Positions 1 to 10,189 of a stretch of 32,000 nt of DNA are shown piece by piece. Made by a program: the position numbers and the translations under genes. The first letter of the stretch is position 1. Every line of letters starts with the position of its first letter. The notes under the pieces are model-generated. The model saw only the letters and a program-made list of their open reading frames with translations. It did not search any database and was not told the origin of the DNA. The stretch is from Wallemia ichthyophaga EXF-994 (lineage: Eukaryota > Fungi > Basidiomycota): assembly GCF_000400465.1 (NCBI RefSeq), contig NW_008806301.1, positions 30,001-62,000 of the forward strand. Direction: 5' to 3'.

Positions 1-1848
1 TCGGGCGAGGTGGGAGAACTGGCTCGGCTGCCGCCTTCGCCTCCGCCTTCACTTCAGCGGGATCGGGCTCCGGCAGACCGAGTTCTGTGCGCATCTCCGA
101 TCCGAATCCCACATCGAGTGACGGGAGCGGTCCGCTCTGTTCGAGGGGTGGAGGGAGGTCGGGTGGAGGTGTGCTTTTCTCCGTCTTGTCCTCTTCATCC
201 CTGCCACCTTCGGTGGGTTTACCGGCGCTTTCTCCGAACGCCGACAGCGGGGGGAGAAGCGGCGGTGGAGATGTAGGAGCGGGTGGGACTGCAGGTGGGG
301 GTGGAGAGAGACGCTCGTCATGCTCATGCTCCCGCTCCCGCTCCCGCTCCCCTCTCTCTCGCTCTCCGTTGGGCTGCGGACTGACACTGTTGCTACCCGC
401 GTAGCTTCCTTTCTCCATACTGCTACTGTACCTGTAGCCGTTGGCACCTGGCGCGCCCTTCTCTTTCCAATCTTGATCGTTACTAGCGTTCAAGGTGAGG
501 TTGACTGGTGTAGACGCCTTGTTGAAAACACCGCTGACAGCCTGCTTCGCTGCGGCAATAGCGCCCCTACGAGCCCCATCACCGCTCCCATTCTGACTCT
601 CCCAGGCATCCAAAGCGTCTTCTCTCCTTCTGTTTCTCTTCATCTCGAGTGAGTCGACGTCTGCGTCGTGAGGATCGAGCCCCATCTCGCGCGCAGCCTC
701 CTCATCGCGCCCCATCTTGGCCTTGCGGCCTGCGAGGATAGCGAGGCGGTACTGCAGAGCGAGTGTGAGGAGGGTAATGGCAGCAGCGACGGCGAGGAGA
801 ATGATTTCCGTCTGGGTTAGCGGGAAATTCTCTCCTTTCCTGCGTCATGGCGTCAGTCGTGGCGGCAGCCCCGCTCCACTTGCACACTCACTTTATTGGC
901 GGATAGAGCGTGTTGTACCCCAGGTTGTACACGTAGAACTCCTTCAGTCCGCTCTTCACGAAGCAGTCGATACCCAGTATAAATGCCGACGAGCCGATCA
1001 ACGAGGTGGAGAAGCGGAGCAAGTGCTTCATGATGCGCGGATGGAACGACGCAACTACGGCGACCTGTAGCGATTGATAGTGAGAAATGTTCGCGTGGGC
1101 AACTAACCAAACTCACAGTCCCTAACCCGATGTAGAAGATCCATTTGCCCGCCATTGAGTGTATGGTGCCACCGTCACGCATGCATTGTATCCACCACGC
1201 TAACGCTATACCGCCGAAACCACAGACAGCATACGCGACATATCGCTGGAACCACCAGCTGGCAACGGCGGTTATGATACCCAGTATGGCACACCCTACC
1301 AGTATCTCCCCCTCCAACGCCTCAGTTGCCCTTTCGGGATTGTTCGAATGCAGTTTGGGCATTACCACGGTCGATAGGAGGATGCACATGAGGGCGATCA
1401 TCGAGCCGTACGAGACAGGGATACAGACACCTGTCCAGCGTGAGGTGCTGCCTAGAACAGCCAGGGGAATGGCAGAGATAATTAGTATCGCGCCGAGGAC
1501 GCCGAATGCGGGTGTAATCTTGATCGTCAGCGGCATTTCAGGCAGCTCTTCGGGGCTTTCGTCAGGGTTTTCGTCTATGTTTTTGTCTGGTTGGGGAAGT
1601 GGGACATAGGTTTGAGTGGGTATAGATGAGGATGCGCTGGTGACTGCTATCGATGTGGCAGTTGCAGTGTATGTCGTTGATGGTTTATCGATGAGAGTGG
1701 TGCTGCTGAGAGTGTCGGTGCTGCTACCACTATCAATATCACTGCTGCTTTCTCCACCGCTGTCTCCGCCCCCTTCATTCCCCTCTCCATCGCCTTGCTG
1801 AGCGTACGCACACGCTAGGAGAGAAATCAAAACAAGTGAAAAGCGCAT
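1..1848 (-). CDS. Secreted-leader multi-pass membrane protein, DUF4203 (TM7S3/TM198-like); 3' end runs off the window
   Basis: ATG at 1848 (MRFSLVLISLLACAYAQQ signal peptide), S/T-rich linker, then several hydrophobic helices. Introns 1065-1116 and 840-891 (GTGAGT...CAG) restore the frame: STSLIGSSAFILGIDCFVKSGLKEFYVYNLG, typical of DUF4203. The last exon 839-1 is open, with an ER-repeat and Pro-rich tail. Confidence 0.8.
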
Positions 1849-2000
1849 CGAAAATAGACAAAAACGCCGAATAAGAGACAAAGTTCAGCGAGTTAATCAA
1901 GGAAGCATTGAATATTGAATATTTAGTGTGATTTAGCGTGAGGGATTTGAGGAATGTACTAAGCAAATGAATGTGACTAATTGGATACGCAGCAAACTGT

Positions 2001-3064
2001 CTAATTGAGTCGAGCATACAATTGAATTGCATCGCTAAATCTCGAGTAATCAATGCAGAAGTGCGAAATTTCAACCATGACGGCGTCGTCCTTCTCTAGA
2101 ATGTCTTGGTCGAGTAGAGTAGCGAGAAACATGCACAGCTAGCAAGGCCATCAGCATTAAAGACAAGGCAAGGCACAAGAAACCACACTCACATATTTCA
2201 CACCACTCTCTCTCAATTCCTCAGCCGTGTTAATCCATTCTATGCAGTTAGATATGAACATCCCGAGTACTGTCTTGGTCATGAGCTCACGACCTCTTTT
2301 ACATAGATTGGCTACAACGTGCAACACAGACTTGTGCGGAGGGAGTGTCGCTAGTTGGTGGAGATGTACTGGTGATTGAGACAAGACGGGGAAAAGCACT
2401 ACATCTGCAATTTGTGGATTAAAGTTTATCAGTCCAGGTATATGATGAGACGGGATATCTTTGATATTGATAGTGTCTGCGTTGTTTTTGAGAAGCTGCG
2501 TGTTGTCAGTGCGAATAACCAATTAAGACCAATGACACACTCTCTGCTCGGACATATTGAGAGTATTTGTTGAAGCCTTGTATAGCAAATATGCAGTCTG
2601 CTCACTTTGGACTTTGTTAACAGTCTAGTGATACTCTGAGGCTATGCGGGTACTCACTCTGCCCAGCCAGATGTTCCAGATGTCTTTTGCTTAAGCTGCG
2701 CGTACTGCTCCATTGTCTGCTTATCTGACTTGTTGAACTCACTCCTAACTTGCTCAAGCGACATATTGCTAAAATGGCCGAAAGCGCTGGGATGCGTAGT
2801 GACGGATATGATGAACCACACCAGCAATACATCACCATCACCACCTGAGCTTATTTCCTTCTCGAGTACTTGCTGTATCGGGGCGTTGAATGGGTTTATC
2901 GTTATGTGATGTGGCACGTATAGTCCCACAAGGCAGTACACGCTCAATATCCTCTCATCGCTGCTACTGCTGTTCTGTAACGCTGGCAACAAATAATGCA
3001 GAGCGTGGCTGAAATAGTGCTCGTCGCCCGTCTTAATCAATTCCAAGTGTTCGCTGAGCTGCAT
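2001..3064 (-). CDS. CNOT11: CCR4-NOT subunit 11 homolog (DUF2363), about 303 aa
   Basis: Exons 3064-2658, 2604-2541, 2495-2193, 2138-2001. The spliced C-terminus IPGLINFNPQIAD...MFISNCIEW...LCMFLATLLDQDIL...VEISHFCIDYSRFSDAIQLYARLN parallels the CNOT11 C-terminal pattern LPDLVENNP...YISNCI...VCVFLQSLI...[22 protein letters not shown] as I recall it. The first intron's acceptor (2605) is the least certain. Confidence 0.75.
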
Positions 3065-3238
3065 CTGCCTCTATCTTTTATCTTATCTCCGCGTGACCTC
3101 CTCGACGTTGTCAGATAACACACAAATAGGTAATTCACAGCTATATACATAGAATTACAAATTACAAACTAAATTAAATATCCCTAAACATATATTACAC
3201 TGCTCATTACTCCACCTCGTATTGAGAGGTAGATTGGT

Positions 3239-4174
3239 TCAGTTGCCCACGTACTCGTAAGCACCGGCGGCAGCAGCAGCAGCCGCAGTGTTCTGATACT
3301 GCTGCAAAGGGTTTGGCATAACTTCTGTTGGGGCGATATTGTTGAAGTCGAGGTATGAGCTGTCGTAGAACGCTGTGCGTGGAGTGTACTCGTCCTGTGG
3401 TGCATGTGGTGCATGTGCAGCTTGCGGTGCTCTGTTAAAGTGTGCAAGATTCTGTGGCTGTTGATGTCCACCTGCAACGCTGTCGAGATTTGGTACTGCA
3501 GGCACTGGTGCAATAGGTGCTCTCATCGTTGCTTTCGTCGCTTCTGCTAATGATGTCTCACTGAAATCTGTCGTTCTTTGACGTTTGAGTGAGTGTCCTT
3601 CAGTTTCTGCACGCGATGGTCTACCTCTCTTGCTTGTCCTATCTTGAACTGGAGCGTATCCGTCCTCGTCGATTTCATACTGATTTGAAAGGCACTTCTG
3701 CACAATCAACTGTCCCTCATCTGTCTTCACTACGGGCGACAATTTGGCTGTGGTGAACGTGTACACCAATCCAGACTCACTAACAACCAGCAAAAGCACT
3801 TGGGTACCCGTCAATGTCGCCAGTTCGTACGCTTTCTTCATAATACCATTCTTTCTCTTTGAAAACGTTATGTGACGGCGTGACTTGTCTTTGATGTATT
3901 CAATGTTAATCTTGCGTCTACCTGACTTTGTCTTTTTGCCATCCTCAGGCTCATCGTCGTCGCCCTCCTCTTCAAAGTTACCAACTTGTGTCTCAAATTT
4001 CAGCTCGTTTAATGGAGTGGTGTGGTTAAGGTCATTGACTGTACCCCTAATGCTATTCGCGTAACTGTCCAAATTATTTTGCGTGTCGTGCGTTTCGTAG
4101 TTAGCTGATCCATCGTCCTCATACGCAGAAGCACTGTCGTTGCTGTTGGCTGGAGATGACTTTGCTACTGGCAT
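3239..4174 (-). CDS. MCM1: SRF/Mcm1-type MADS-box transcription factor
   Basis: GRRKINIEYIKDKSRRHITFSKRKNGIMKKAYELATLTGTQVLLLVVSESGLVYTFTT is a canonical type I MADS domain. First ATG is at 4174. A terminal intron (GTACGT near 3250) could alter the last few residues. Confidence 0.93.
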   Translation of the reverse strand: MPVAKSSPANSNDSASAYEDDGSANYETHDTQNNLDSYANSIRGTVNDLNHTTPLNELKFETQVGNFEEEGDDDEPEDGKKTKSGRRKINIEYIKDKSRRHITFSKRKNGIMKKAYELATLTGTQVLLLVVSESGLVYTFTTAKLSPVVKTDEGQLIVQKCLSNQYEIDEDGYAPVQDRTSKRGRPSRAETEGHSLKRQRTTDFSETSLAEATKATMRAPIAPVPAVPNLDSVAGGHQQPQNLAHFNRAPQAAHAPHAPQDEYTPRTAFYDSSYLDFNNIAPTEVMPNPLQQYQNTAAAAAAAGAYEYVGN

Positions 4175-4819
4175 TGTGTAGTGCAATTAACTAAAGAAGG
4201 AAGGAGACTGCCGAAATCTTTGAATTAGCGTTTGAATTTGCATTTGGTATTTTTAAATTTCCAGCCTAAAGCAGCATACCGAATATGGAAATGCAAATGG
4301 ATTGCACGTGCCAAATGGGGCAACTAAAAGGTGACAGAGAGTATGCATCTTTATTCATATTTAAGATTTGACATATAACATTTGATAAGTGTGCGACAAA
4401 TGATGATGAATATCTCGTGCATCTTATATCTGACAGCGCGACGAATTTTACATGATATATATATTATGTTCTTATCTGAATTTCATATAACCTCGATCTC
4501 ATTCGCCTCCACATACCCAGTTACCACAATAGATGCTGCGCGTGGGGCCTTCTCTTCAGTGACCAAGTGGGGTCTTCTTTCCTGTGACCAGATGTGTATG
4601 ACGAGAAATCAAATCATTCACCTGAGTTCTAGAAATTACTAAGCGCACAGCACACGATGACATCACTGCAGATCTCCGTGATCTTGGTACAAACTTGAGG
4701 GATTCGGGTGAAAGCGATGTTTAAAAAATTATAGCCAAATTTTAAAAGTAACGGATGCTATCGCAGCTGCCTAGGGATCCATAGATCTTTTTACAGGGAC
4801 TTTTAACCAGTGTGGAAAA

Positions 4820-4835
4820 TGACGTCAGCCATTGG
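4820..4835 (+). promoter_or_regulatory. CRE palindrome (TGACGTCA) next to an inverted CCAAT box
   Basis: TGACGTCA at 4820-4827 and ATTGG at 4831-4835, about 200 bp upstream of the C2H2 gene ATG in the divergent intergenic region. Motif match only. Confidence 0.3.
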
Positions 4836-5027
4836 TGTGTCATCGAAATTTACCGAAAAAAGGATTATAAGATGAAATAAATTATTTTATGAAATAAATG
4901 GGTATCTCTACACCCTAAAGCTTTTCCTGACTGCTTATTGACGGAATTTTTCAATTTAAAAATGGAAATGATTTGCATATGTCGATCCAGGTCCGTAGCT
5001 CTGGATTAAGAACTATCAAGACGATAA

Positions 5028-6457
5028 ATGTCTAGTGAACAAGGAATATTCAAGTGCGGTACATGTGGTGGGTGAAATACGAGTTTATATTGAAATTTAC
5101 TGACCAGATTCACAGGCCAAACATTTACAGTACGTTGTAAAGCACTATGACTAGGAAGGCAACCACTCACATTCCCCCTCCAGCGCAGACAACATGAAAG
5201 CAGACACCAAAGAATTCGTAAGTTTGCGCAGTTCTCATCCCACGTGCTTAATTAATATCGCTTCCCTCAGACACCGGCGAGAAGCCATACAAGTGCACAC
5301 ACTGCCCAGAGGCATTCTCTAGATCAGATCTTCTCAATAGACATATATCAAAGCAGCATCCTTCCGTACCCATTATCCCAAAGCGTTCTGCCAACTGTAG
5401 ACCAGGTTCACGCAAGTCAATGGACAAGCACCCTGCATCGAAAGCGCAGAGAAACCGCGATAAGATTGTCGATAATAACATGGCAGCTCAACCAATGACA
5501 GCTGAGTCTAGCCACAATACATCCAACAACGATGAAATAAACAGCTTTATGCCAACGTTGGTGGAGACTAGCGCACCAGATGGAAATAGAAACACATCCA
5601 CAGATAATAGCATGATGTTATTTAGATCACTCACTGATAATTGGTACAACACAACCAACGTTTCTCCTCAGTCGCCTATGTCAATTATGATGGCTTCGCA
5701 GAACCAAAACCAGAACCTGCAGAGCAACACAGATTTCAGCACGCAACATGAACAGCCATTCGACACTAGCAGCTTCAACTACAACGACGTGATGTCTACA
5801 TTTCTCAACTCACCCTCTATCAACATTGAACCAAACTTCAACACTAACACCTTACGAGTATCCACACCAACGATGGCGATAGAGAGTCCATTTGAATTGT
5901 TTGAGCGACCAGACAGCAGCAATGTCAGTAAAGATTTCGTAGCGGCTCTTAAGAGAAGATCAAGTGAAAACATACAAGCCATGTCTTTGAAAATACCTCA
6001 AAGCGATACCTTTACGAGGCTGATAGGTGGCGGTAGCCTCGGTGTGAGCACGTTTAAGCTCAACACGAAGAATATGCACAAACAGAAAATGTCTAAGCTT
6101 TCACGCATCGATGATAAAGCTCGTTTTGGTAGTAGCAGTAGCAGCAGTAGTAGCAGCAGCAGGGATGTTGGCGGGGATGTCGATCCGTTTGTGAAGAGGG
6201 ATAACGAAACGCCCACACCTGATTACACTTCCAGCACCACACTGTCGTCACCCTCCTCAGCCAGCCTCGTTACACCGGTCGATTACTCTAAAGGACAGGC
6301 ACAGCAGGCACAGCAAGCGCTCAACTCAATACAGAATCTCAAAATAGTAGAAGAGAAGGAACGAAAGAGCAATGAAGATAATAATCTGTACAGCTCACTC
6401 TTCTCAGATGACTTGGATCCATTAGCAGCGTCGTCGTTTTTGGAAACGGCGGTGTGA
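5028..6457 (+). CDS. Adr1/AmdX-like two-finger C2H2 transcription factor (copy A), about 424 aa
   Basis: Exons 5028-5067, 5116-5129 (14 nt), 5184-5217, 5271-6457. Spliced N-terminus [59 protein letters not shown], in frame with the 5420-6457 ORF. S/N-rich tail with a Ser10 run at 6131-6160. Confidence 0.9.
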
Positions 6458-6673
6458 TTGCTATGCAATTGAAGAAACAAAATTTATTATATGTATTATT
6501 AGCAAATGAACACACGAACCTTGTAATTTTCTTATTATCATACTTGGGTTTTATGTATATCTTAGAATCTTAGGCATATTACGACAAGCTTGAGAAATTA
6601 AATCAGATTTAATTAAAAAGAGATTGTCTGAAACGACTTGACCCACTCCTCCTTGTCGAACTTCTCCAACCCC

Positions 6674-6995
6674 TCACTCACTCTGTTTCTTGTTCTTGTG
6701 AGTATTTTTGAATCCCTTGCCATTCTTGTCTGATACTTGTACATGTAGGTGTGAGTTTCTAATTGCGCCTCCGCTCAGTTTTTCAGCCGCGAGCATGTCT
6801 CTCTCGTTATTGAAATCCACATAACAAAGTCCGCGCTGGATGCCTGTTTTGTGATCGATAAGTATTTTGATTGCAGTTATTGATGGTTTAAATTGAGTGA
6901 AAAACTCTGCCACTTCTTCATCTGTACATCCCTGTGGTATCCCTCTAATGAACAGAGTGTTTGGATTCTTTTTGCGTTGGTTATTTGTGGTATGC

Positions 6996-7032
<37 letters not shown>

Positions 7033-8575
7033 GCGATGGTGGTGGTGAAGTGGCTGATGCAATGCTGTCAGCGTTGGTATGTTGTTCAGTTGCTGGTGCC
7101 ATAGGAGCATTTGGTATGTGATTTGGGTGGATAGAGGAGTGTGACACGTGTGTCTGATCAGCGACCATACCTGTCACTCCAGCCTGTGCTTTCGATTGCG
7201 TCTGCTGCGTCTCGTCTATCTTTTGCGACTCATGTGGCACTGAGACGCCCACCTCCCCCCTACTACCACCTTCATTCGCAATTTCATTACCTGCCAACGC
7301 CGCCGTTTTTTGATGGTTACGATGCGAGTAAGTGAATCCCTCTGACTTGATCTCACTGCCCAGCTTTCCATCTTGGACAAGAAGCAGCACATTACCCACG
7401 CTGACATCACTCAAGTTGAAATGCCACGTGTGTTTCCACGCCTCTTCATGACTCGCAACGACGCCCTTGCCGTGGTTAGGACCGGGTACACGATCGGCGA
7501 CGAGGAGGAAATTAGCGAGAAGAAGGCGTTGTGTGTCGTCGAGCACATCCTCCAGCTGTCCTCTAACGCTGTTGTAGATGCCATACACCGCTGTGCGTCC
7601 ATTAACCAGCTTCTGCATAAACACTTCATAGTTGGGCACTACAGAGAAGTCGTTGTAGCTCGCACTCATCCGGAAGTGCAGCGAGGCTGACAGCGTTAGG
7701 TCAGCCTTGAGCACCAGCGCGAGCTGCGCCAGAAGTCCCTCGCGACCGGGCGGCGAGTGGGTGACGAGGAGACGCGTCTCGGAAGGGTCGTAGACCTTCT
7801 TCGCAGTGTCAATCAGCTCGCCCATCTGTAAAGCGGTTATCCACGTAGTGCCTTGTCCACCGGCTATAGTAGCCTGGCCGTCACCGTTGTCGAACAGCTT
7901 GTGCAGAACAAATGCACCGCCGAGACCAAAGAGCCTGAGCTTTATACCGCCAATGTGGAGAAGGTAGCTGGAAGCCTCGTCTAAAACGTGTAGATTGGGT
8001 ATGTGGTATTCTCGCATACGTAGCTTTTCAAGGACACTCACATCCTCGCACGCCCCGCTGACAGCATAAACGGGGACATTGAGCTTGAGAGAGTGGTTAA
8101 GGAGTGAGGGGAAAGTGCTGAGCATGTGTTCATTGCCATTCTCTTTCTCGCTCAACGCTGCTCTTAAGCTGGTGACTGAACTGTGGTCGTTGAGTAGAGA
8201 ATGGCGCTGATCTGTGGATATAATGGGCGAATAGGTTATCAAATGACGCAAAACTTTCTCAGTGGCTCTATCTATGCTACTTTTTTCTGAGTGCTGTGAG
8301 TGGAATTCCTGCCGCCGACGACGAGACACACCAAGAAAACCAATATCGCCCGTGTGAATAATAATATCAGCCTTGTAATCCTCTGCCAGTCTATAGAAAT
8401 ATCAGCGTGTCCATCTCCCCGCGAACGTATAAATCTACCCACCGATTCAAACAATCGAAATCACCTCTAACGTCAGCGAGGCAGAGTACTGATGGTGGTG
8501 GTGCGTTAGAGCTTGTGCTGTGTGTCCATTTCACACTCTCAACTTACATCTCTTCCCATTTATATTTTGTATCAT
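6674..8575 (-). CDS. Metallophosphoesterase-fold (DUF2433-like) protein with polyQ linker and C-terminal RRM
   Basis: Exons 8575-8548, 8488-8443, 8390-8332, 8286-6674 give MIQNINGKRLLCLADVRGDF...IIIHTGDIGFL. Later motifs SGACED, FGLGG, LLVTH. RRM with RNP2 LFIRGI and RNP1 RGLCYVDF. Confidence 0.8.
6995..7033 (-). repeat. (CAA)12+CAG microsatellite encoding Gln13
   Basis: Perfect TTG repeat at 6998-7033 on the + strand, inside the linker before the RRM. Confidence 0.95.
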
Positions 8576-8627
8576 CTGGTGGTATCTGTTCAAGAGGCGA
8601 ATCGTATAGAGAATAATCGATTTTACA

Positions 8628-8670
8628 TTTACAAGCAATTTACAAGCAATTTACAAGCAATTTACAAGCA
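8628..8670. repeat. 11-bp tandem repeat (TTTACAAGCAA) x about 4
   Basis: Three perfect copies plus one 10-nt copy in the 106-bp gap between two same-strand genes. Confidence 0.95.
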
Positions 8671-8681
8671 TTTTCGAGTAT

Positions 8682-9977
8682 TCACAAGGGCCGTGGTCTG
8701 CCTCTCACTGCACTCGGCTGTGGAAGCAAACTGCTCCTGCGTGTTTGACTATTCTCAGATGCAATTGAAGCACGCGGTGGTCTAATACTCCTACGACGCC
8801 CTTCGTTGGGTGTTTTGGTTGTGTTGTTAATGCTAGCTGTGCTAGCTGTACTAGTTGTGCCACTTGTGCCACTAGGCAGAAGACTCGTCCGTGACGACAG
8901 TGTAACACGCGGTTTTAGTGATGTACGAGTGTTGTTGGCTGTGCTAGCATGTTTATCCGTGTTAGCTGTGCTCTGTCTTTTCCGAATAGTCTGCGCTGTT
9001 GGTCTGATTGTATGTTTGTACGACTCGGGTGGGACGCGTTGTGCTGGTTTTACTGATGCCGCTCTCGCTGGTGCTACTTTCAATGGTGCTCCTCCCACTG
9101 ATGCCGCTTTTGCTCCTTTTACCGGGCCTGAGCCCGCTGATGGCCTCCTTACCACTGCTGTTGCTATGCTCTTGCCAGTCGATATGCCAGTCGATGTTGA
9201 AGGTATAGCTGACTGCCTACGCGGTATTGAATTGATTGTGCTTAGAGGCTTACGCGGTGGACCATTGATTTGATTTCTAGACTCGATTTTGTTGCTGCTC
9301 TCTGTCTTTATTTCTGTTTCGTCATTCTCGTTCACCTTGGATTGATTTGATGGCTTCAATGGCTCCTTTGATTCCTTCGACCCCTTCATATCACCCGCAT
9401 CATCTATCTCACCGCCATCAATCGAAGGCTGTAAACAAAGTGAGTGGAGATCATTAGCGAGAAGATCGAATGACGAATCGAGTGTGCGAGGAGGCTGATT
9501 GAATGCCTTATCGAGATCGAGTGTTGTGTTCTGAGTCGTTGGTGTGTTTGAGTGTCTGTCTTGTGCGTCTTGTGCATCGTGTGCATCGTGTGCGTCATGT
9601 GTTTCTATGCTCTCCAAACCAAAACTAACACGCCCACTACTTCCACCACCGCCACTCTCCCGCCTCAGAACATTTCTCCTCAAATCACGTTCCCGTATAC
9701 GCGTTAATGATGGGCTGGATGGACTGTTTGGATTGCGAGGAAAGCCGTCTTTCTGAATACTCTGTGGACTCTGGAGCATACCTGGGCTATCCAAGCTGCA
9801 TGTACTGCGTGTACTCTGCGCACTCTGTGCACTGCCATCACCCACACTGACACTAACACCTTCTAAATCAGCTGGTTTTGGTGTCTTGAGCAACTCTTCA
9901 TAGCGTGATCCATTGAGTGAGAAATTGATTGATGTGGCTGGCGAGGCTGGTGAGGCTGATGATGACGATGTTGCCAT
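8682..9977 (-). CDS. Hypothetical intrinsically disordered S/T/P/R-rich protein
   Basis: Long open frame from ATG at 9977 (MATSSSSASP). Low complexity, HDA/QDA tripeptide repeats, basic C-terminal half, no recognisable domain. Confidence 0.7.
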   Translation of the reverse strand: MATSSSSASPASPATSINFSLNGSRYEELLKTPKPADLEGVSVSVGDGSAQSAQSTRSTCSLDSPGMLQSPQSIQKDGFPRNPNSPSSPSLTRIRERDLRRNVLRRESGGGGSSGRVSFGLESIETHDAHDAHDAQDAQDRHSNTPTTQNTTLDLDKAFNQPPRTLDSSFDLLANDLHSLCLQPSIDGGEIDDAGDMKGSKESKEPLKPSNQSKVNENDETEIKTESSNKIESRNQINGPPRKPLSTINSIPRRQSAIPSTSTGISTGKSIATAVVRRPSAGSGPVKGAKAASVGGAPLKVAPARAASVKPAQRVPPESYKHTIRPTAQTIRKRQSTANTDKHASTANNTRTSLKPRVTLSSRTSLLPSGTSGTTSTASTASINNTTKTPNEGRRRSIRPPRASIASENSQTRRSSLLPQPSAVRGRPRPL

Positions 9978-10189
9978 GGTGAGTTGATTGAATTGAGTTC
10001 GCAGACTTCTTGTGGTAAGCACATTGCCATAAAAACAATCAAATCCATAGTTACTACACCTAATAAGAAACAAACAAAGACATATAAGAGACATTTAGAA
10101 AAACCTAACAACCGAGTGTGAAAAATGAGTGTGAAATTTTTATCATCTAGTAGTGTACCAGAATATCCTTCTCAATGGCTCAAAATAGC

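Noticed and set aside
10-1070. Several + strand ORFs (10-276, 87-404, 320-652, 717-1070) and the - strand ORF 49-447
   Set aside because: Shadow or off-frame ORFs of the GC-rich DUF4203 last exons. The spliced - strand frame is continuous and has family motifs.
8806-9756. Antisense ORFs with hydrophobic or Cys-rich repeats (LAVLAVL, CASCASC, poly-Cys at 6897-7121 similarly)
   Set aside because: Reverse-strand translations of S/T-rich, HDA and polyQ repeats in real - strand genes; not metallothioneins or membrane proteins.
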